Source of the DNA: Escherichia coli
GTDB taxonomy: Bacteria > Pseudomonadota > Gammaproteobacteria > Enterobacterales > Enterobacteriaceae
Assembly (NCBI RefSeq): GCF_003334355.1
Contig: NZ_QOWP01000018.1
Length of the DNA: 64,000 nt
Direction: 5' to 3' (one strand)
Shown: piece by piece, positions 23,730 to 34,538 of the stretch
Numbering within the stretch: position 1 is the first letter of the stretch
How the letters are laid out: each line of letters starts with the position of its first letter
Position numbers and translations under genes: made by a program
The notes under the pieces: generated by a model
The model's database searches: none
The model's input: the letters and a program-made list of their open reading frames with translations, nothing else
Told to the model about the DNA's origin: nothing

Positions 23730-25268
23730 TCAACGTTTACGTGCTCGCAGACTCATCAGCACAGCGGCAAAACCAAACAGCGCCGTCAGCACCCACAGCG
23801 GCCAGTTGCCGGTTCGTGCGTACGGTGTGAGTCCGGTCGTCGGCGTCACGTTAGTGGTCAACACCTCGCGGGTGAACTGCGGGATCATCGCCTGAATCTC
23901 ACCCTGCGGGCCAATCACCGCCGTAATGCCGTTGTTGGTGCTACGCAGCAATGGGCGCGCCAGCTCCAGCGCACGCATTCGCGCCATCTGGAAGTGCTGC
24001 CATGGACCAATAGACTTACCAAACCATGCATCGTTGGAGATAGTCAGCAGGTAGTCGGTATCCGGGCGGAAGTTATCGCGCACTTGCTCGCCGAGAATGA
24101 TCTCGTAGCAAATAGCCGCAGTAAGCTCAATACCATTTACCGACAGCGGCGGCTGGATATATGGCCCACGGCTGAACGACGACATCGGCAGATCAAAGAA
24201 CGGTGCTAACGGACGCAGAATCGACTCCAGCGGGACAAACTCGCCAAACGGCACCAGATGGTTTTTGTTATAGCGATCGGCTGATTCGTAGCTGTACGGT
24301 GCACCTTTACCCAGCGTGATGATGGTGTTGTAGGTATCGTAGCGGTTCTGCTTATTGAGACGCGCGTCGACAATCCCGGTTACCAGCGAGCTACCTTTAT
24401 CGCGCAACTCACCGTCCAGTGCTTTGAGGAACGGTTGCTGATTAATTTCCAGATCGGTTATCGCCGACTCCGGCCAGATAATCAACGATGATTTGCCCAT
24501 CAGCGGAGCCGTTGCGTTGTAGTAAATCTTCAGCGTATTAAGAAGCTGATCTCCATCCCATTTCAGTGATTGCGGAATATCGCCCTGAACCATCGAAACC
24601 TGAATGGTTTTCTCCGGTTGCGGGGTAAACCACTGGATGTAACGCAGCGGGAAGGGAAGGGCAAACAGCACGACGGCCACCACCAGCGGACGCCAGTTGC
24701 GTTTGACCAACGCCAGTGCCAGCAGGCCGCTAACCATCATCAGCAGGAAGTTAATGGCTTCCACGCCCATTATCGGTGCCAGCCCTTTTAACGGGCCATC
24801 AATCTGGCTATAGCCGAACTGTAACCACGGGAAGCCGGTCAGTACCCAACCGCGCAGAAACTCGGTCACTTGCCAGAGAGCAGGGGCGGCAATCGCCACG
24901 CGCAGCCAGGTGGTTTTCGGCCACAGACGCGACAGCACGCCAGCAAACAGTCCGGTATACAGCGACAAATACGCCGCCAGCAGCACCACCAGGAAGATGT
25001 TAACCGGGCCAGGCATTCCGCCAAAGGTCGCGATGCTGACATAGACCCAGTTAATACCGCTGCCAAAGAGACCAAATCCCCAGCAAAAGCCAATAGCGGC
25101 AGACTGGAGTGGACGACGGTTAAAGGTCAACGCCTGAAGCCCCATCAGCGAAATAATCGCCGCAGGCCAGACGTCGTAAGGAGAGAAGGCCAGCGTTCCG
25201 CAGGCACCGAATAATAACGCCAGCAGCAGGCGAATGCGCTGGCGTTCAATTAATGAGGCAAAAGCCAT
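23730..25268 (-). CDS. lnt: Apolipoprotein N-acyltransferase
   Basis: 512-aa ORF with N-terminal membrane domain and C-N hydrolase domain. Confidence 0.95.
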   Translation of the reverse strand: MAFASLIERQRIRLLLALLFGACGTLAFSPYDVWPAAIISLMGLQALTFNRRPLQSAAIGFCWGFGLFGSGINWVYVSIATFGGMPGPVNIFLVVLLAAYLSLYTGLFAGVLSRLWPKTTWLRVAIAAPALWQVTEFLRGWVLTGFPWLQFGYSQIDGPLKGLAPIMGVEAINFLLMMVSGLLALALVKRNWRPLVVAVVLFALPFPLRYIQWFTPQPEKTIQVSMVQGDIPQSLKWDGDQLLNTLKIYYNATAPLMGKSSLIIWPESAITDLEINQQPFLKALDGELRDKGSSLVTGIVDARLNKQNRYDTYNTIITLGKGAPYSYESADRYNKNHLVPFGEFVPLESILRPLAPFFDLPMSSFSRGPYIQPPLSVNGIELTAAICYEIILGEQVRDNFRPDTDYLLTISNDAWFGKSIGPWQHFQMARMRALELARPLLRSTNNGITAVIGPQGEIQAMIPQFTREVLTTNVTPTTGLTPYARTGNWPLWVLTALFGFAAVLMSLRARKR

Positions 25269-25292
25269 GTAGTTATCTATCCAGTTTCGGTT

Positions 25293-26171
25293 TTATTCAT
25301 CCAGCTTTGGCTGGGGTGAGTCATCCGGGATTTTGACATGAACCTGAATAATACGCCGACTGTCGGCCATCGCCACTTTGAACTGGTAACCGTCGATGTC
25401 GATGGTTTCGCCACGCGCCGGAAGATGCCCAAACGCCTGCATCACCAGACCACCGATAGTGTCGACTTCTTCATCGCTAAAGTGGGTGCCGAACGCTTCG
25501 TTGAAGTCTTCAATGGAAGCCAGTGCGCGCACGGTCCAGGTATGACGACTCAGCTGACGGAAGTCGATATCATCTTCTTCGTCATACTCGTCTTCAATCT
25601 CACCAACAATCAGTTCCAGGATGTCTTCAATGGTCACCAGACCGGAAACCCCACCGAATTCGTCAATAACGATCGCCATGTGGTAACGCTGAGAGCGAAA
25701 CTCTTTCAGCATCCGGTCTACGCGCTTACTTTCAGGAACGACAACCGCCTGACGTAACACTTTGTCCATGCTGAAGGCTTCAGCATCGCTGCGCATAAAC
25801 GGCAGCAAGTCTTTCGCCATCAGAATCCCTTCAATGTGATCTTTGTCTTCGCTAATCACCGGGAAACGTGAGTGGGCGGACTCGATGATGACATCAAGGC
25901 ATTCGTCCAGCGTCTGGTTGCGTTTCAGGGTAATCATCTGGGAGCGGGGGATCATGATGTCGCGAACGCGTTGGTCTGCGATGTCCATCACCCCTTCGAG
26001 CATATCGCGCGTATCTTCGTCGATAAGGTCGTTCTGCCCGGAATCACGGATCAGCGCCAGCAGTTCGTCACGGTTTTTCGGTTCACCGTGGAAAAGTTGG
26101 CTGAGTAACAGGGAGAAAAATCCCTTCTTGTTGCTTATCGTGTCACTACTGTGTGAATTGTCGTCGCTCAT
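25293..26171 (-). CDS. corC: Mg/Co efflux-associated CBS-domain protein
   Basis: 292-aa ORF; operon position. Confidence 0.95.
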   Translation of the reverse strand: MSDDNSHSSDTISNKKGFFSLLLSQLFHGEPKNRDELLALIRDSGQNDLIDEDTRDMLEGVMDIADQRVRDIMIPRSQMITLKRNQTLDECLDVIIESAHSRFPVISEDKDHIEGILMAKDLLPFMRSDAEAFSMDKVLRQAVVVPESKRVDRMLKEFRSQRYHMAIVIDEFGGVSGLVTIEDILELIVGEIEDEYDEEDDIDFRQLSRHTWTVRALASIEDFNEAFGTHFSDEEVDTIGGLVMQAFGHLPARGETIDIDGYQFKVAMADSRRIIQVHVKIPDDSPQPKLDE

Positions 26172-26260
26172 GGCGTCGTATGGGTTCTCATGTTAGTTAA
26201 TCAAAACGCCGTCGTTAATCACCAACGGCGGGGACGTCTGCCAGTCAAATGCCTGGCAAA

Positions 26261-26728
26261 TTATTCTTTCTCGGCAATGTACGGATCCTCATAGCCCAGA
26301 GCAAGCATAATCTCTGTTTCGAGGGCTTCCATTTCTTCTGCTTCGTCATCTTCGATGTGATCGTAACCTAACAAATGCAGACTGCCGTGCACCACCATAT
26401 GCGCCCAGTGCGCCTCCAGTGGTTTGCCTTGCTCCTGAGCTTCCTTCTCAACCACCTGACGGCAGATAACCAGATCGCCCAGTAGCGACATCTCCATGCC
26501 AGGCGGCACTTCAAACGGGAAGGAGAGCACGTTGGTCGGCTTATCCTTACCGCGATAGGTCAGATTCAGACTGTGGCTTTCGGCGGTATCGACCACGCGA
26601 ATAGTCACTTCCGATTCTTTCTGAAACTGCGGGATCACCGCATTCAGCCATGTCTGAAACTGGCTCTCTTCCGGTAACCCGGAATTATCTTCACATGCCA
26701 GTTGTAAATCGAGGATCACCTGACTCAT
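26261..26728 (-). CDS. ybeY: Endoribonuclease YbeY (16S rRNA maturation)
   Basis: 155-aa ORF with [11 protein letters not shown] zinc motif. Confidence 0.95.
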   Translation of the reverse strand: MSQVILDLQLACEDNSGLPEESQFQTWLNAVIPQFQKESEVTIRVVDTAESHSLNLTYRGKDKPTNVLSFPFEVPPGMEMSLLGDLVICRQVVEKEAQEQGKPLEAHWAHMVVHGSLHLLGYDHIEDDEAEEMEALETEIMLALGYEDPYIAEKE

Positions 26729-27765
26729 TTTTGTTCCTGTTCTTCGCGCTTGCGTTCTGCCGCCAGCGCCGCTTTTCGTTTTTGTTCTGCTTCTTCCCAG
26801 GCTTCATAGGCGTTAACGATACGCGCCACCACCGGGTGACGAACCACGTCTTCGCTGTGGAAGAAGTTAAAGCTGATCTCTTCGACATCGGCCAGCACTT
26901 CGATGGCATGACGTAAGCCTGATTTAGTATTACGCGGCAGGTCGATCTGCGTGACGTCGCCGGTGATAACCGCTTTTGAGTTAAAACCGATACGGGTCAG
27001 GAACATCTTCATCTGTTCGATGGTGGTGTTCTGGCTCTCATCGAGAATGATAAACGCGTCGTTCAGCGTACGACCACGCATATAGGCCAGCGGCGCGACT
27101 TCAATAACGTTGCGCTCAATCAGTTTCTCGACTTTCTCAAAGCCCAGCATTTCAAACAGCGCGTCGTACAGTGGGCGCAGATACGGGTCTACTTTCTGGC
27201 TTAAATCGCCAGGCAGGAAGCCCAGTTTCTCACCGGCTTCGACCGCCGGACGAGTCAGCAGAATACGGCGAATTTCCTGACGCTCCAGGGCATCAACTGC
27301 TGCAGCCACTGCCAGGTAGGTTTTACCCGTACCCGCCGGGCCAACGCCGAAGGTAATGTCATGGTCGAGAATATTGGCGATGTACTGCGCCTGGTTTGGC
27401 GTGCGCGGCTTAATTACGCCGCGTTTGGTTTTGATATTGACCGCTTTGCCGTACTCCGGCACGCTCTCCGCGCTTTGCTCCAGTACCCGTGCTTCTTTAA
27501 TAGCAAGGTGGATCTGTTCCGGTTCGATATCCTGAATCTGACCGCGCATCGGGGCAGTATCGACATACAGGCTACGCAGAATGTCTGCCGCAGCGGTGAC
27601 GCAAATCGGACGGCCGGTCAGTTTAAAGTGGTTATCGCGGCGATTGATCTCGATGCCGAGACGGCGTTCGAGCTGCTTGATGTTGTCATCAAACGGGCCG
27701 CACAGGCTCAACAGACGCGCATTGTCTGCTGGCTCCAGGGTGATTTCGCGAGTGTCTATGTTCAA
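26725..27765 (-). CDS. ybeZ: PhoH-like ATPase
   Basis: Walker A GPAGTGKT; start placed at TTG 27763-27765 (SD AAGAGGAA upstream, 346 aa); ATG at 27804 lacks an SD. Confidence 0.85.
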   Translation of the reverse strand: MNIDTREITLEPADNARLLSLCGPFDDNIKQLERRLGIEINRRDNHFKLTGRPICVTAAADILRSLYVDTAPMRGQIQDIEPEQIHLAIKEARVLEQSAESVPEYGKAVNIKTKRGVIKPRTPNQAQYIANILDHDITFGVGPAGTGKTYLAVAAAVDALERQEIRRILLTRPAVEAGEKLGFLPGDLSQKVDPYLRPLYDALFEMLGFEKVEKLIERNVIEVAPLAYMRGRTLNDAFIILDESQNTTIEQMKMFLTRIGFNSKAVITGDVTQIDLPRNTKSGLRHAIEVLADVEEISFNFFHSEDVVRHPVVARIVNAYEAWEEAEQKRKAALAAERKREEQEQK

Positions 27766-27917
27766 ACCGTTCCTCTTATCTGTATGCCGCCGGAAGCTGA
27801 ACATTCACCGGCCTATAAGGAAATTATTCACGCCACAGGAAAAAGGCGCAAGCATTGCGATAAAGATGGGGATAAAGAGAGAAAAAACAAGGCCCACCGG
27901 AACGGCGGGCCTGAGAA

Positions 27918-29342
27918 TTACGGTTGATAATAACCCACGCCAAGGTCGTTTTCTTTGCGAGTACGGGCAATCACTGATTCCGGTGTTTCTGCCACGCGCA
28001 GACCCATTTCATCTTCAGTACGCACCACTTTACCGCGCAGAGAGTTCGGGTAGACGTCGGTAATTTCTACATCGACGAATTTACCGATCATATCCGGCGT
28101 ACCTTCGAAGTTGACCACGCGGTTATTTTCGGTACGCCCGGAAAGCTCCATGATGCTCTTACGCGATGTACCTTCTACCAGAATACGCTGGGTGGTGCCG
28201 AGCATCCGGCGGCTCCACGCCATCGCTTGCTGATTGATACGTTCTTGCAGAATATACAGACGCTGCTTCTTCTCTTCTTCCGGAACATCATCAACCATAT
28301 CGGCGGCTGGTGTACCCGGACGTGCAGAGAAGATAAAGCTGTAGCTCATGTCGAAATTGACGTCGGCAATCAGCTTCATCGTTTTCTCGAAGTCTTCGGT
28401 GGTTTCGCCAGGGAAGCCGACGATGAAGTCAGAACTGATCTGAATATCCGGGCGCGCCGCACGCAGTTTACGGATGATCGCTTTGTACTCCAGCGCCGTA
28501 TGGGTACGGCCCATCAGGTTCAGAATGCGATCGGAACCACTCTGTACCGGCAGGTGCAGGAAGCTCACCAGCTCCGGCGTGTCGCGGTACACTTCGATGA
28601 TATCGTCGGTGAATTCGATCGGATGGCTGGTGGTAAAGCGAATACGATCGATCCCGTCGATCGCAGCAACCAGACGCAACAGATCGGCAAACGATCCGGT
28701 GGTGCCGTCGTAGTTTTCACCACGCCAGGCGTTCACGTTCTGACCGAGCAGGTTGACTTCACGCACGCCCTGAGCCGCAAGCTGGGCAATCTCAAACAGA
28801 ATATCGTCGGACGGACGGCTTACCTCTTCACCACGGGTGTAAGGCACCACGCAGTAGGTGCAATATTTATTGCAGCCTTCCATGATGGAGACAAACGCGG
28901 TCGGCCCTTCGGCGCGCGGTTCCGGTAGACGGTCAAACTTCTCGATTTCCGGGAAGCTGATATCTACAACCGGGCTGCGGTCGCCACGCACGGAGTTGAT
29001 CATCTCCGGCAGACGGTGCAGCGTTTGCGGCCCAAAAATAATATCGACATAGTGGGCGCGCTGGCGAATGTGCTCGCCTTCTTGCGATGCCACGCAGCCA
29101 CCGACGCCGATAATCAGGTCTGGATTCTTCTCTTTTAACAGTTTCCAGCGACCCAACTGATGGAAGACTTTTTCCTGAGCCTTCTCGCGGATTGAGCAGG
29201 TGTTCAGCAGCAGCACATCCGCTTCTTCCGCCACGTCGGTCAGTTGATAGCCGTGGGTGGCATCCAGCAGATCGGCCATCTTCGATGAATCGTACTCGTT
29301 CATCTGACAGCCCCAGGTTTTAATATGGAGTTTTTTGGTCAT
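27918..29342 (-). CDS. miaB: tRNA-i6A37 methylthiotransferase (radical SAM)
   Basis: 474-aa ORF with CxxxCxxC (CNKYCTYC). Confidence 0.95.
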
Positions 29343-29487
29343 CGACTTGCTCTTGCGAAATAGTAGCCAGGAATGCAGGGCGCATAGTGTAATGCTTTGC
29401 TGCCGTTGTGACCAGTATGAGCGTTATCAGCCCTTAGGGGTAAAAATCCTGTAAACTTAAAGCATATTGCTAACAGGATGATTGACC

Positions 29488-30663
29488 ATGACAAATCAAC
29501 CAACGGAAATTGCCATTGTCGGCGGAGGAATGGTCGGCGGCGCACTGGCGCTGGGGCTGGCACAGCACGGATTTGCGGTAACGGTGATCGAGCACGCAGA
29601 ACCAGCGCCGTTTGTCGCTGATAGCCAACCGGACGTGCGGATCTCGGCGATCAGCGCGGCTTCGGTATCATTGCTTAAAGGGTTAGGGGTCTGGGATGCA
29701 GTACAGGCTATGCGTTGCCATCCTTACCGCAGACTGGAAACGTGGGAGTGGGAAACGGCGCATGTGGTGTTTGACGCCGCTGAACTTAAGCTACCGCTGC
29801 TTGGCTATATGGTGGAAAACACTATCCTGCAACAGGCGTTGTGGCAGGCGCTGGAAGCGCATCCGAAAGTAACGTTACGTGTGCCAGGCTCGCTGATTGC
29901 GCTGCATCGCCATGATGATCTTCAGGAGCTGGAGCTGAAAGGCGGTGAAGTGATTCGCGCGAAGCTGGTGATTGGTGCCGACGGCGCAAATTCGCAGGTG
30001 CGGCAGATGGCGGGAATTGGCGTTCATGCATGGCAGTATGCGCAGTCGTGCATGTTGATTAGCGTCCAGTGCGAGAACGATCCCGGCGACAGCACCTGGC
30101 AGCAATTTACTCCGGACGGACCGCGTGCGTTTCTGCCGTTGTTTGATAACTGGGCATCGCTGGTGTGGTATGACTCTCCGGCGCGTATTCGCCAGTTGCA
30201 GAATATGAATATGGCACAGCTCCAGGTGGAAATCGCGAAGCATTTCCCGTCGCGTCTGGGTTACGTTACACCGCTTGCCGCTGGTGCGTTTCCGCTGACG
30301 CGTCGCCATGCGTTGCAGTACGTGCAGCCAGGGCTTGCGCTGGTGGGCGATGCCGCGCATACCATCCATCCGCTGGCGGGGCAGGGAGTGAATCTTGGTT
30401 ATCGTGATGTCGATGCCCTGATTGATGTTCTGGTCAACGCCCGCAGCTACGGCGAAGCGTGGGCCAGTTATCCTGTCCTCAAGCGTTACCAGATGCGGCG
30501 CATGGCGGATAACTTCATTATGCAAAGCGGTATGGATCTGTTTTATGCCGGATTCAGCAATAATCTGCCACCACTGCGTTTTATGCGTAATCTCGGGTTA
30601 ATGGCGGCGGAGCGTGCTGGCGTGTTGAAACGTCAGGCGCTGAAATATGCGTTAGGGTTGTAG
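29488..30663 (+). CDS. ubiF: Ubiquinone biosynthesis hydroxylase (FAD monooxygenase)
   Basis: FAD-binding GGGMVG near N-terminus; start at ATG 29488 gives 391 aa. Confidence 0.9.
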   Translation: MTNQPTEIAIVGGGMVGGALALGLAQHGFAVTVIEHAEPAPFVADSQPDVRISAISAASVSLLKGLGVWDAVQAMRCHPYRRLETWEWETAHVVFDAAELKLPLLGYMVENTILQQALWQALEAHPKVTLRVPGSLIALHRHDDLQELELKGGEVIRAKLVIGADGANSQVRQMAGIGVHAWQYAQSCMLISVQCENDPGDSTWQQFTPDGPRAFLPLFDNWASLVWYDSPARIRQLQNMNMAQLQVEIAKHFPSRLGYVTPLAAGAFPLTRRHALQYVQPGLALVGDAAHTIHPLAGQGVNLGYRDVDALIDVLVNARSYGEAWASYPVLKRYQMRRMADNFIMQSGMDLFYAGFSNNLPPLRFMRNLGLMAAERAGVLKRQALKYALGL

Positions 30664-30675
30664 CCTTACAACATT

Positions 30676-30768
30676 GCCGGATGCGTGCCAACCGTAGGTC
30701 GGATAAGACGCGGCAGCGTCGCATCCGACATTGAAGGATAAGACGTGTCAACATCGCATTCGACATTG
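30676..30768. repeat. REP-like palindromic units
   Basis: gccggatgcg...gcatccgaca and a second degenerate unit, read directly. Confidence 0.5.
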
Positions 30769-30785
30769 AATGAACGCAGAAAAGC

Positions 30786-30812
30786 AAAAAGCTCGCCGAA
30801 GCGAGCTTTTTT
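30786..30812 (-). terminator. Intrinsic terminator at the 3' end of the tRNA operon
   Basis: Stem gctcgc / gcgagc, loop cgaa, flanked by A5 and T6. Confidence 0.8.
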
Positions 30813-30816
30813 AATG

Positions 30817-30891
30817 TGGCTGGGGTACGAGGATTCGAACCTCGGAATGCCGGAATCAGAATCCGGTGCCTTACCGCTTGGCGATACCCCA
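30817..30891 (-). tRNA. glnX: tRNA-Gln (anticodon CUG)
   Basis: 75-nt reverse complement ends in CCA and carries anticodon loop UUCUGAU. Confidence 0.9.
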
Positions 30892-30938
30892 ACAAATTGG
30901 TTTTGAATTTGCCGAACATATTCGACACATTCAGAATT

Positions 30939-31015
30939 TGGTGGCTACGACGGGATTCGAACCTGTGACCCCATCATTATGAGTGATGTGCTCTAACCGA
31001 CTGAGCTACGTAGCC
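30939..31015 (-). tRNA. metU: Elongator tRNA-Met (anticodon CAU)
   Basis: 77-nt reverse complement GGCUACGUAGCUCAG...ACCA with anticodon loop CUCAUAA. Confidence 0.9.
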
Positions 31016-31030
31016 AGATTGTTTCTTCGA

Positions 31031-31105
31031 TGGCTGGGGTACCTGGATTCGAACCAGGGAATGCCGGTATCAAAAACCGGTGCCTTACCGCTTGGCGATA
31101 CCCCA
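31031..31105 (-). tRNA. glnU: tRNA-Gln (anticodon UUG)
   Basis: 75-nt tRNA; anticodon loop UUUUGAU. Confidence 0.9.
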
Positions 31106-31128
31106 TCCGTACAACGCTTTCTGGTGAA

Positions 31129-31213
31129 TGGTGCGGGAGGCGAGACTTGAACTCGCACACCTTGCGGCGCCAGAACCTAAATCTGGTGCGTCTACCAATT
31201 TCGCCACTCCCGC
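31129..31213 (-). tRNA. leuW: tRNA-Leu (anticodon UAG)
   Basis: 85-nt type II tRNA GCGGGAGUGGCGAAAUUGG...ACCA. Confidence 0.9.
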
Positions 31214-31221
31214 AAAAAAGA

Positions 31222-31298
31222 TGGTGGCTACGACGGGATTCGAACCTGTGACCCCATCATTATGAGTGATGTGCTCTAACCAACTGAGCTACGTAGCC
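31222..31298 (-). tRNA. metT: Elongator tRNA-Met (anticodon CAU)
   Basis: 77-nt tRNA differing from the 30939 copy by one D-loop base. Confidence 0.9.
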
Positions 31299-31338
31299 AT
31301 CTTTTTTTTCGCGATACCTTATCGGCGTTGCGGGGCGC

Positions 31339-31367
31339 ATTATGCGTATAGAGCCTTGCAGCGTCAA
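31339..31367 (-). promoter_or_regulatory. Putative sigma70 promoter of the tRNA operon
   Basis: On the minus strand: TTGACG, 17-bp spacer, CATAAT, then GC-rich discriminator GCGCCCC; about 35 nt upstream of mature metT; inference only. Confidence 0.4.
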
Positions 31368-31642
31368 CCTCTTTTTCAAGGAAAATTGCTCGAAAGTGAC
31401 TGTTTGGTTAGGTTGCGAACAGCGTGGCGCTATATTCGTCAATTATTGTTTACTTTGTGTTTTTTCCCACCCTACAGCCATTCTTTTGTCATACAGGATG
31501 AAATTCGGAATTTAACAATAGTGGTGGGAAATTAATCTATGAAATACTGGCCTACAGTGATGAGTTGTCAAACAGTGATGTGGCAAACCCGGAACATTTC
31601 CTTACTGCATATCAGAATCAACAAGCACCTCAATAACTGAAA

Positions 31643-31670
31643 CAGCCCCGGATTTCACCGGGGCTGTTTC
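31643..31670. terminator. Bidirectional hairpin terminator downstream of asnB
   Basis: Stem cagccccgg / ccggggctg, loop atttca, U-rich on both sides. Confidence 0.7.
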
Positions 31671-31677
31671 GCATTTC

Positions 31678-33342
31678 TTACTTATACGCCGACTGGTGAA
31701 CACCAACCGCGCGACCAGACGGATCGTCCATTTTCTTGAACGCTTCATCCCATTCGATCGCTTTAGCGGAAGAACAAGCGACGGAAGGACCGCCCGGCAC
31801 GCACTCAGCGGCGCTCGGAAGCGGGAATAGTTCTTCAAAGATCTCCCGATACAAGTACGCTTCTTTAGAGGTTGGCGTGTTGTACGGGAAGCGGAAGCGG
31901 GCAGTTTCCAGTTGCTGATCAGAAACCTGCTGCGCAGCCACTTCTTTCAGGGTGTCGATCCAACTGTAACCGACGCCATCGGAGAACTGCTCTTTCTGCC
32001 GCCAGGCCACGCTTGCAGGCAGATACGCTTCAAAACATTCACGCAGGATGTGTTTTTCCATTTTGCCGTTACCGCACATTTTATCCTGTGGGTTAATACG
32101 CATCGCCACATCAAGGAATTTTTTGTCGAGGAACGGAACGCGTGCTTCCACGCCCCAGGCTGACATCGCTTTGTTGGCACGCGCGCAGTCATACATATGC
32201 AGGGCCAGCAGTTTACGCACCGTCTCTTCATGCAGTTCTTTGGCATTCGGTGCTTTGTGGAAGTAAAGATAACCGCCGAACACTTCATCAGAACCTTCAC
32301 CGGACAGCACCATTTTAATGCCCATCGCCTTGATCTTACGCGACATTAAATACATCGGTGTTGAAGCGCGAATAGTGGTCACATCATAAGTTTCGATGTG
32401 GTAAATCACGTCGCGGATGGCATCCAGACCTTCCTGTACAGTGAAGTGAATTTCGTGATGCACCGTGCCCAGATGGTTTGCCACTTCCTGGGCTGCTTTC
32501 AGATCCGGTGAACCCGGCAGACCTACAGCAAAGGAGTGTAACTGCGGCCACCAGGCTTCAGAGCGTTCCTGATCTTCCACGCGACGGGCTGCGTATTTCT
32601 TGGTGATAGCGGAAATAATTGAGGAATCCAGACCACCAGAAAGCAGCACACCGTAAGGCACATCAGACATCAGATGGCTTTTAACTGAATCTTCCAGTGC
32701 CTGACGCAGCTCGTTTTTGTCGGTCACGTTATCTTTCACCGCATCGTAGTCGAACCAGTCGCGATGATAGTAAGAACGGATTTCGCCGTCCTGGCTCCAC
32801 AAATAGCTCCCCGCCGGGAACTCTTTAATCGTGCGGCAAACTGGCACCAGCGCTTTCATTTCTGAGGCCACATACAGCTGACCGTGTTCGTCATACCCCA
32901 TATACAGTGGGATGATCCCCAGATGGTCGCGACCAATCAGGTAGGCATCTTTTTCGCTGTCGTACAGTGCAAAGGCAAACATGCCCTGCAAGTCGTCGAG
33001 AAATTCCGGCCCTTTTTCCTGATACAGCGCGAGGATCACTTCACAGTCAGACCCGGTCTGGAACTGGTAACGATCGCCATATTCGGCGCGCAATGCCTGG
33101 TGGTTGTAGATTTCACCGTTTACCGCCAGTACGTGGGTTTTTTGTTGGTTGTAGAGAGGTTGCGCCCCCGCGTTAACGTCAACAATTGACAGACGTTCGT
33201 GGGCGAGAATGGCGTTATCGCTGGCATAAATACCGGACCAGTCCGGGCCACGATGACGCATCAGACGTGACAGCTCGAGGGCTTTCTTACGCAGCTCAAC
33301 TGCGTCTGTTTTGATATCGAATACGCCAAAAATTGAACACAT
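31678..33342 (-). CDS. asnB: Asparagine synthetase B (glutamine-hydrolysing)
   Basis: Start trimmed to ATG 33340-33342 (MCSIFGVFD, Ntn Cys2), 554 aa. Confidence 0.95.
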   Translation of the reverse strand: MCSIFGVFDIKTDAVELRKKALELSRLMRHRGPDWSGIYASDNAILAHERLSIVDVNAGAQPLYNQQKTHVLAVNGEIYNHQALRAEYGDRYQFQTGSDCEVILALYQEKGPEFLDDLQGMFAFALYDSEKDAYLIGRDHLGIIPLYMGYDEHGQLYVASEMKALVPVCRTIKEFPAGSYLWSQDGEIRSYYHRDWFDYDAVKDNVTDKNELRQALEDSVKSHLMSDVPYGVLLSGGLDSSIISAITKKYAARRVEDQERSEAWWPQLHSFAVGLPGSPDLKAAQEVANHLGTVHHEIHFTVQEGLDAIRDVIYHIETYDVTTIRASTPMYLMSRKIKAMGIKMVLSGEGSDEVFGGYLYFHKAPNAKELHEETVRKLLALHMYDCARANKAMSAWGVEARVPFLDKKFLDVAMRINPQDKMCGNGKMEKHILRECFEAYLPASVAWRQKEQFSDGVGYSWIDTLKEVAAQQVSDQQLETARFRFPYNTPTSKEAYLYREIFEELFPLPSAAECVPGGPSVACSSAKAIEWDEAFKKMDDPSGRAVGVHQSAYK

Positions 33343-33587
33343 AACCTTCTCCGTTAACCTGGTATTTGTTGCTTGTTGTGTTTGCTTGTTTAAAAAAATG
33401 CCGCAAAGCAGCACTGTGCGCAAGCGATTTGGCGGTGAAAAAATAAAAAACGTAATGGTGATTGTCGATTGGTGAAAAAAGGTCTGGTGTGAGGATATAT
33501 TTATTGATGAATCGATAATTTTTAGCGGGTTTTATTGAATGTTTATATTTTACGGGGGCCAAATTGCTGACAAAGTGCGATTTGTTC

Positions 33588-33690
33588 ATGCCGGATGCGG
33601 CGTGAACGCCTTATCCGGCCTACAAAAGCATGAAAATTCAATATATTGCAGGAGCTGCGTAGGCCTGATAAGCGTAGCGCATCAGGCAGT
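33588..33690. repeat. BIME: two inverted REP units
   Basis: gccggatgcggcgtgaacgccttatccggcctac and tgcgtaggcctgataagcgtagcgcatcaggca. Confidence 0.75.
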
Positions 33691-33738
33691 TTGGCGTTTG
33701 TCATCAGAGCCAACCACGTCCTGAGACGTGGTTGCTAT

Positions 33739-34491
33739 TCAGATAACGTCGATTTCAGCGACTGACGGGTAAATCCAGCTGGGGCGGAAAGGCATACTGT
33801 CGATATCGTCGAGCGACGAAACACCAGAAAGCACCAGAATCGTCTCCAGACCTGCCTGGAAGCCGGCCAGAATATCGGTACGCAGGTTATCGCCGACAAT
33901 CACCGTTTCTTCCGAATGCGCCTGCATTTTGTTTAATGCTGCGCGGATGATCCACGGGCTGGGCTTACCAACATAGAACGGTTTGCGCCCGGAGATTTTC
34001 TCAATCCCTGCACACAACGCGCCACAAGCGGGATAAAAACCGCGCCCGTGGGTGTCCGGATTGGTGGCGATAAAACGTGCACCGTTAGCGACGAAATAGG
34101 CTGCTTTATGCATCATGTCCCAGTTGTAGGAACGCGTTTCGCCAACAATCACGAAATCAGGGTTCACATCGGTAATAGTGAAACCGGCTTTGTACAGTTC
34201 ATGAATCAGTGCGCCTTCGCCCACCACATACGCTTTCTTGCCTTCCTGGCGACGCAGGAAATCGGCAGTCGCCATCGCAGAGGTATAAAACACGCTGTCA
34301 GGTACATCGACACCTGCGGTGGCAAAGCGGTTCGCCAGATCTTGCCCAGTCTGCGAAGGATAGTTGGTCAGCAACACCAGCGGCAGGCCTTTATCCATAA
34401 TCCCGTGCAAAAATTCCGCTGCACCCGGTACGGCGACGTTATCGTGCATCAGCACGCCGTCGATATCGCAAATTACATTTTTAATGGTCAT
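33739..34491 (-). CDS. umpH: UMP phosphatase (HAD superfamily)
   Basis: 250-aa ORF with HAD motif DIDGVL near N-terminus; last gene of nag cluster. Confidence 0.95.
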   Translation of the reverse strand: MTIKNVICDIDGVLMHDNVAVPGAAEFLHGIMDKGLPLVLLTNYPSQTGQDLANRFATAGVDVPDSVFYTSAMATADFLRRQEGKKAYVVGEGALIHELYKAGFTITDVNPDFVIVGETRSYNWDMMHKAAYFVANGARFIATNPDTHGRGFYPACGALCAGIEKISGRKPFYVGKPSPWIIRAALNKMQAHSEETVIVGDNLRTDILAGFQAGLETILVLSGVSSLDDIDSMPFRPSWIYPSVAEIDVI

Positions 34492-34538
34492 GGACTACCC
34501 AGAATATTGACAACAATAAGCGCCACTATAAAAGCACA

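Noticed and set aside
30817-31298. tRNA cluster as a possible integration site for a prophage or genomic island
   Set aside because: No integrase, direct repeats of a tRNA 3' end, or foreign-looking genes nearby; asnB and ubiF flank the array directly.
31539-31640. 33-codon ORF (MKYWPTVMSCQTVMWQTRNISLLHIRINKHLNN) between the tRNA-operon promoter and the asnB terminator
   Set aside because: Weak SD, no recognisable domain, and the following hairpin is adequately explained as the asnB terminator; cannot be supported without conservation or expression data.
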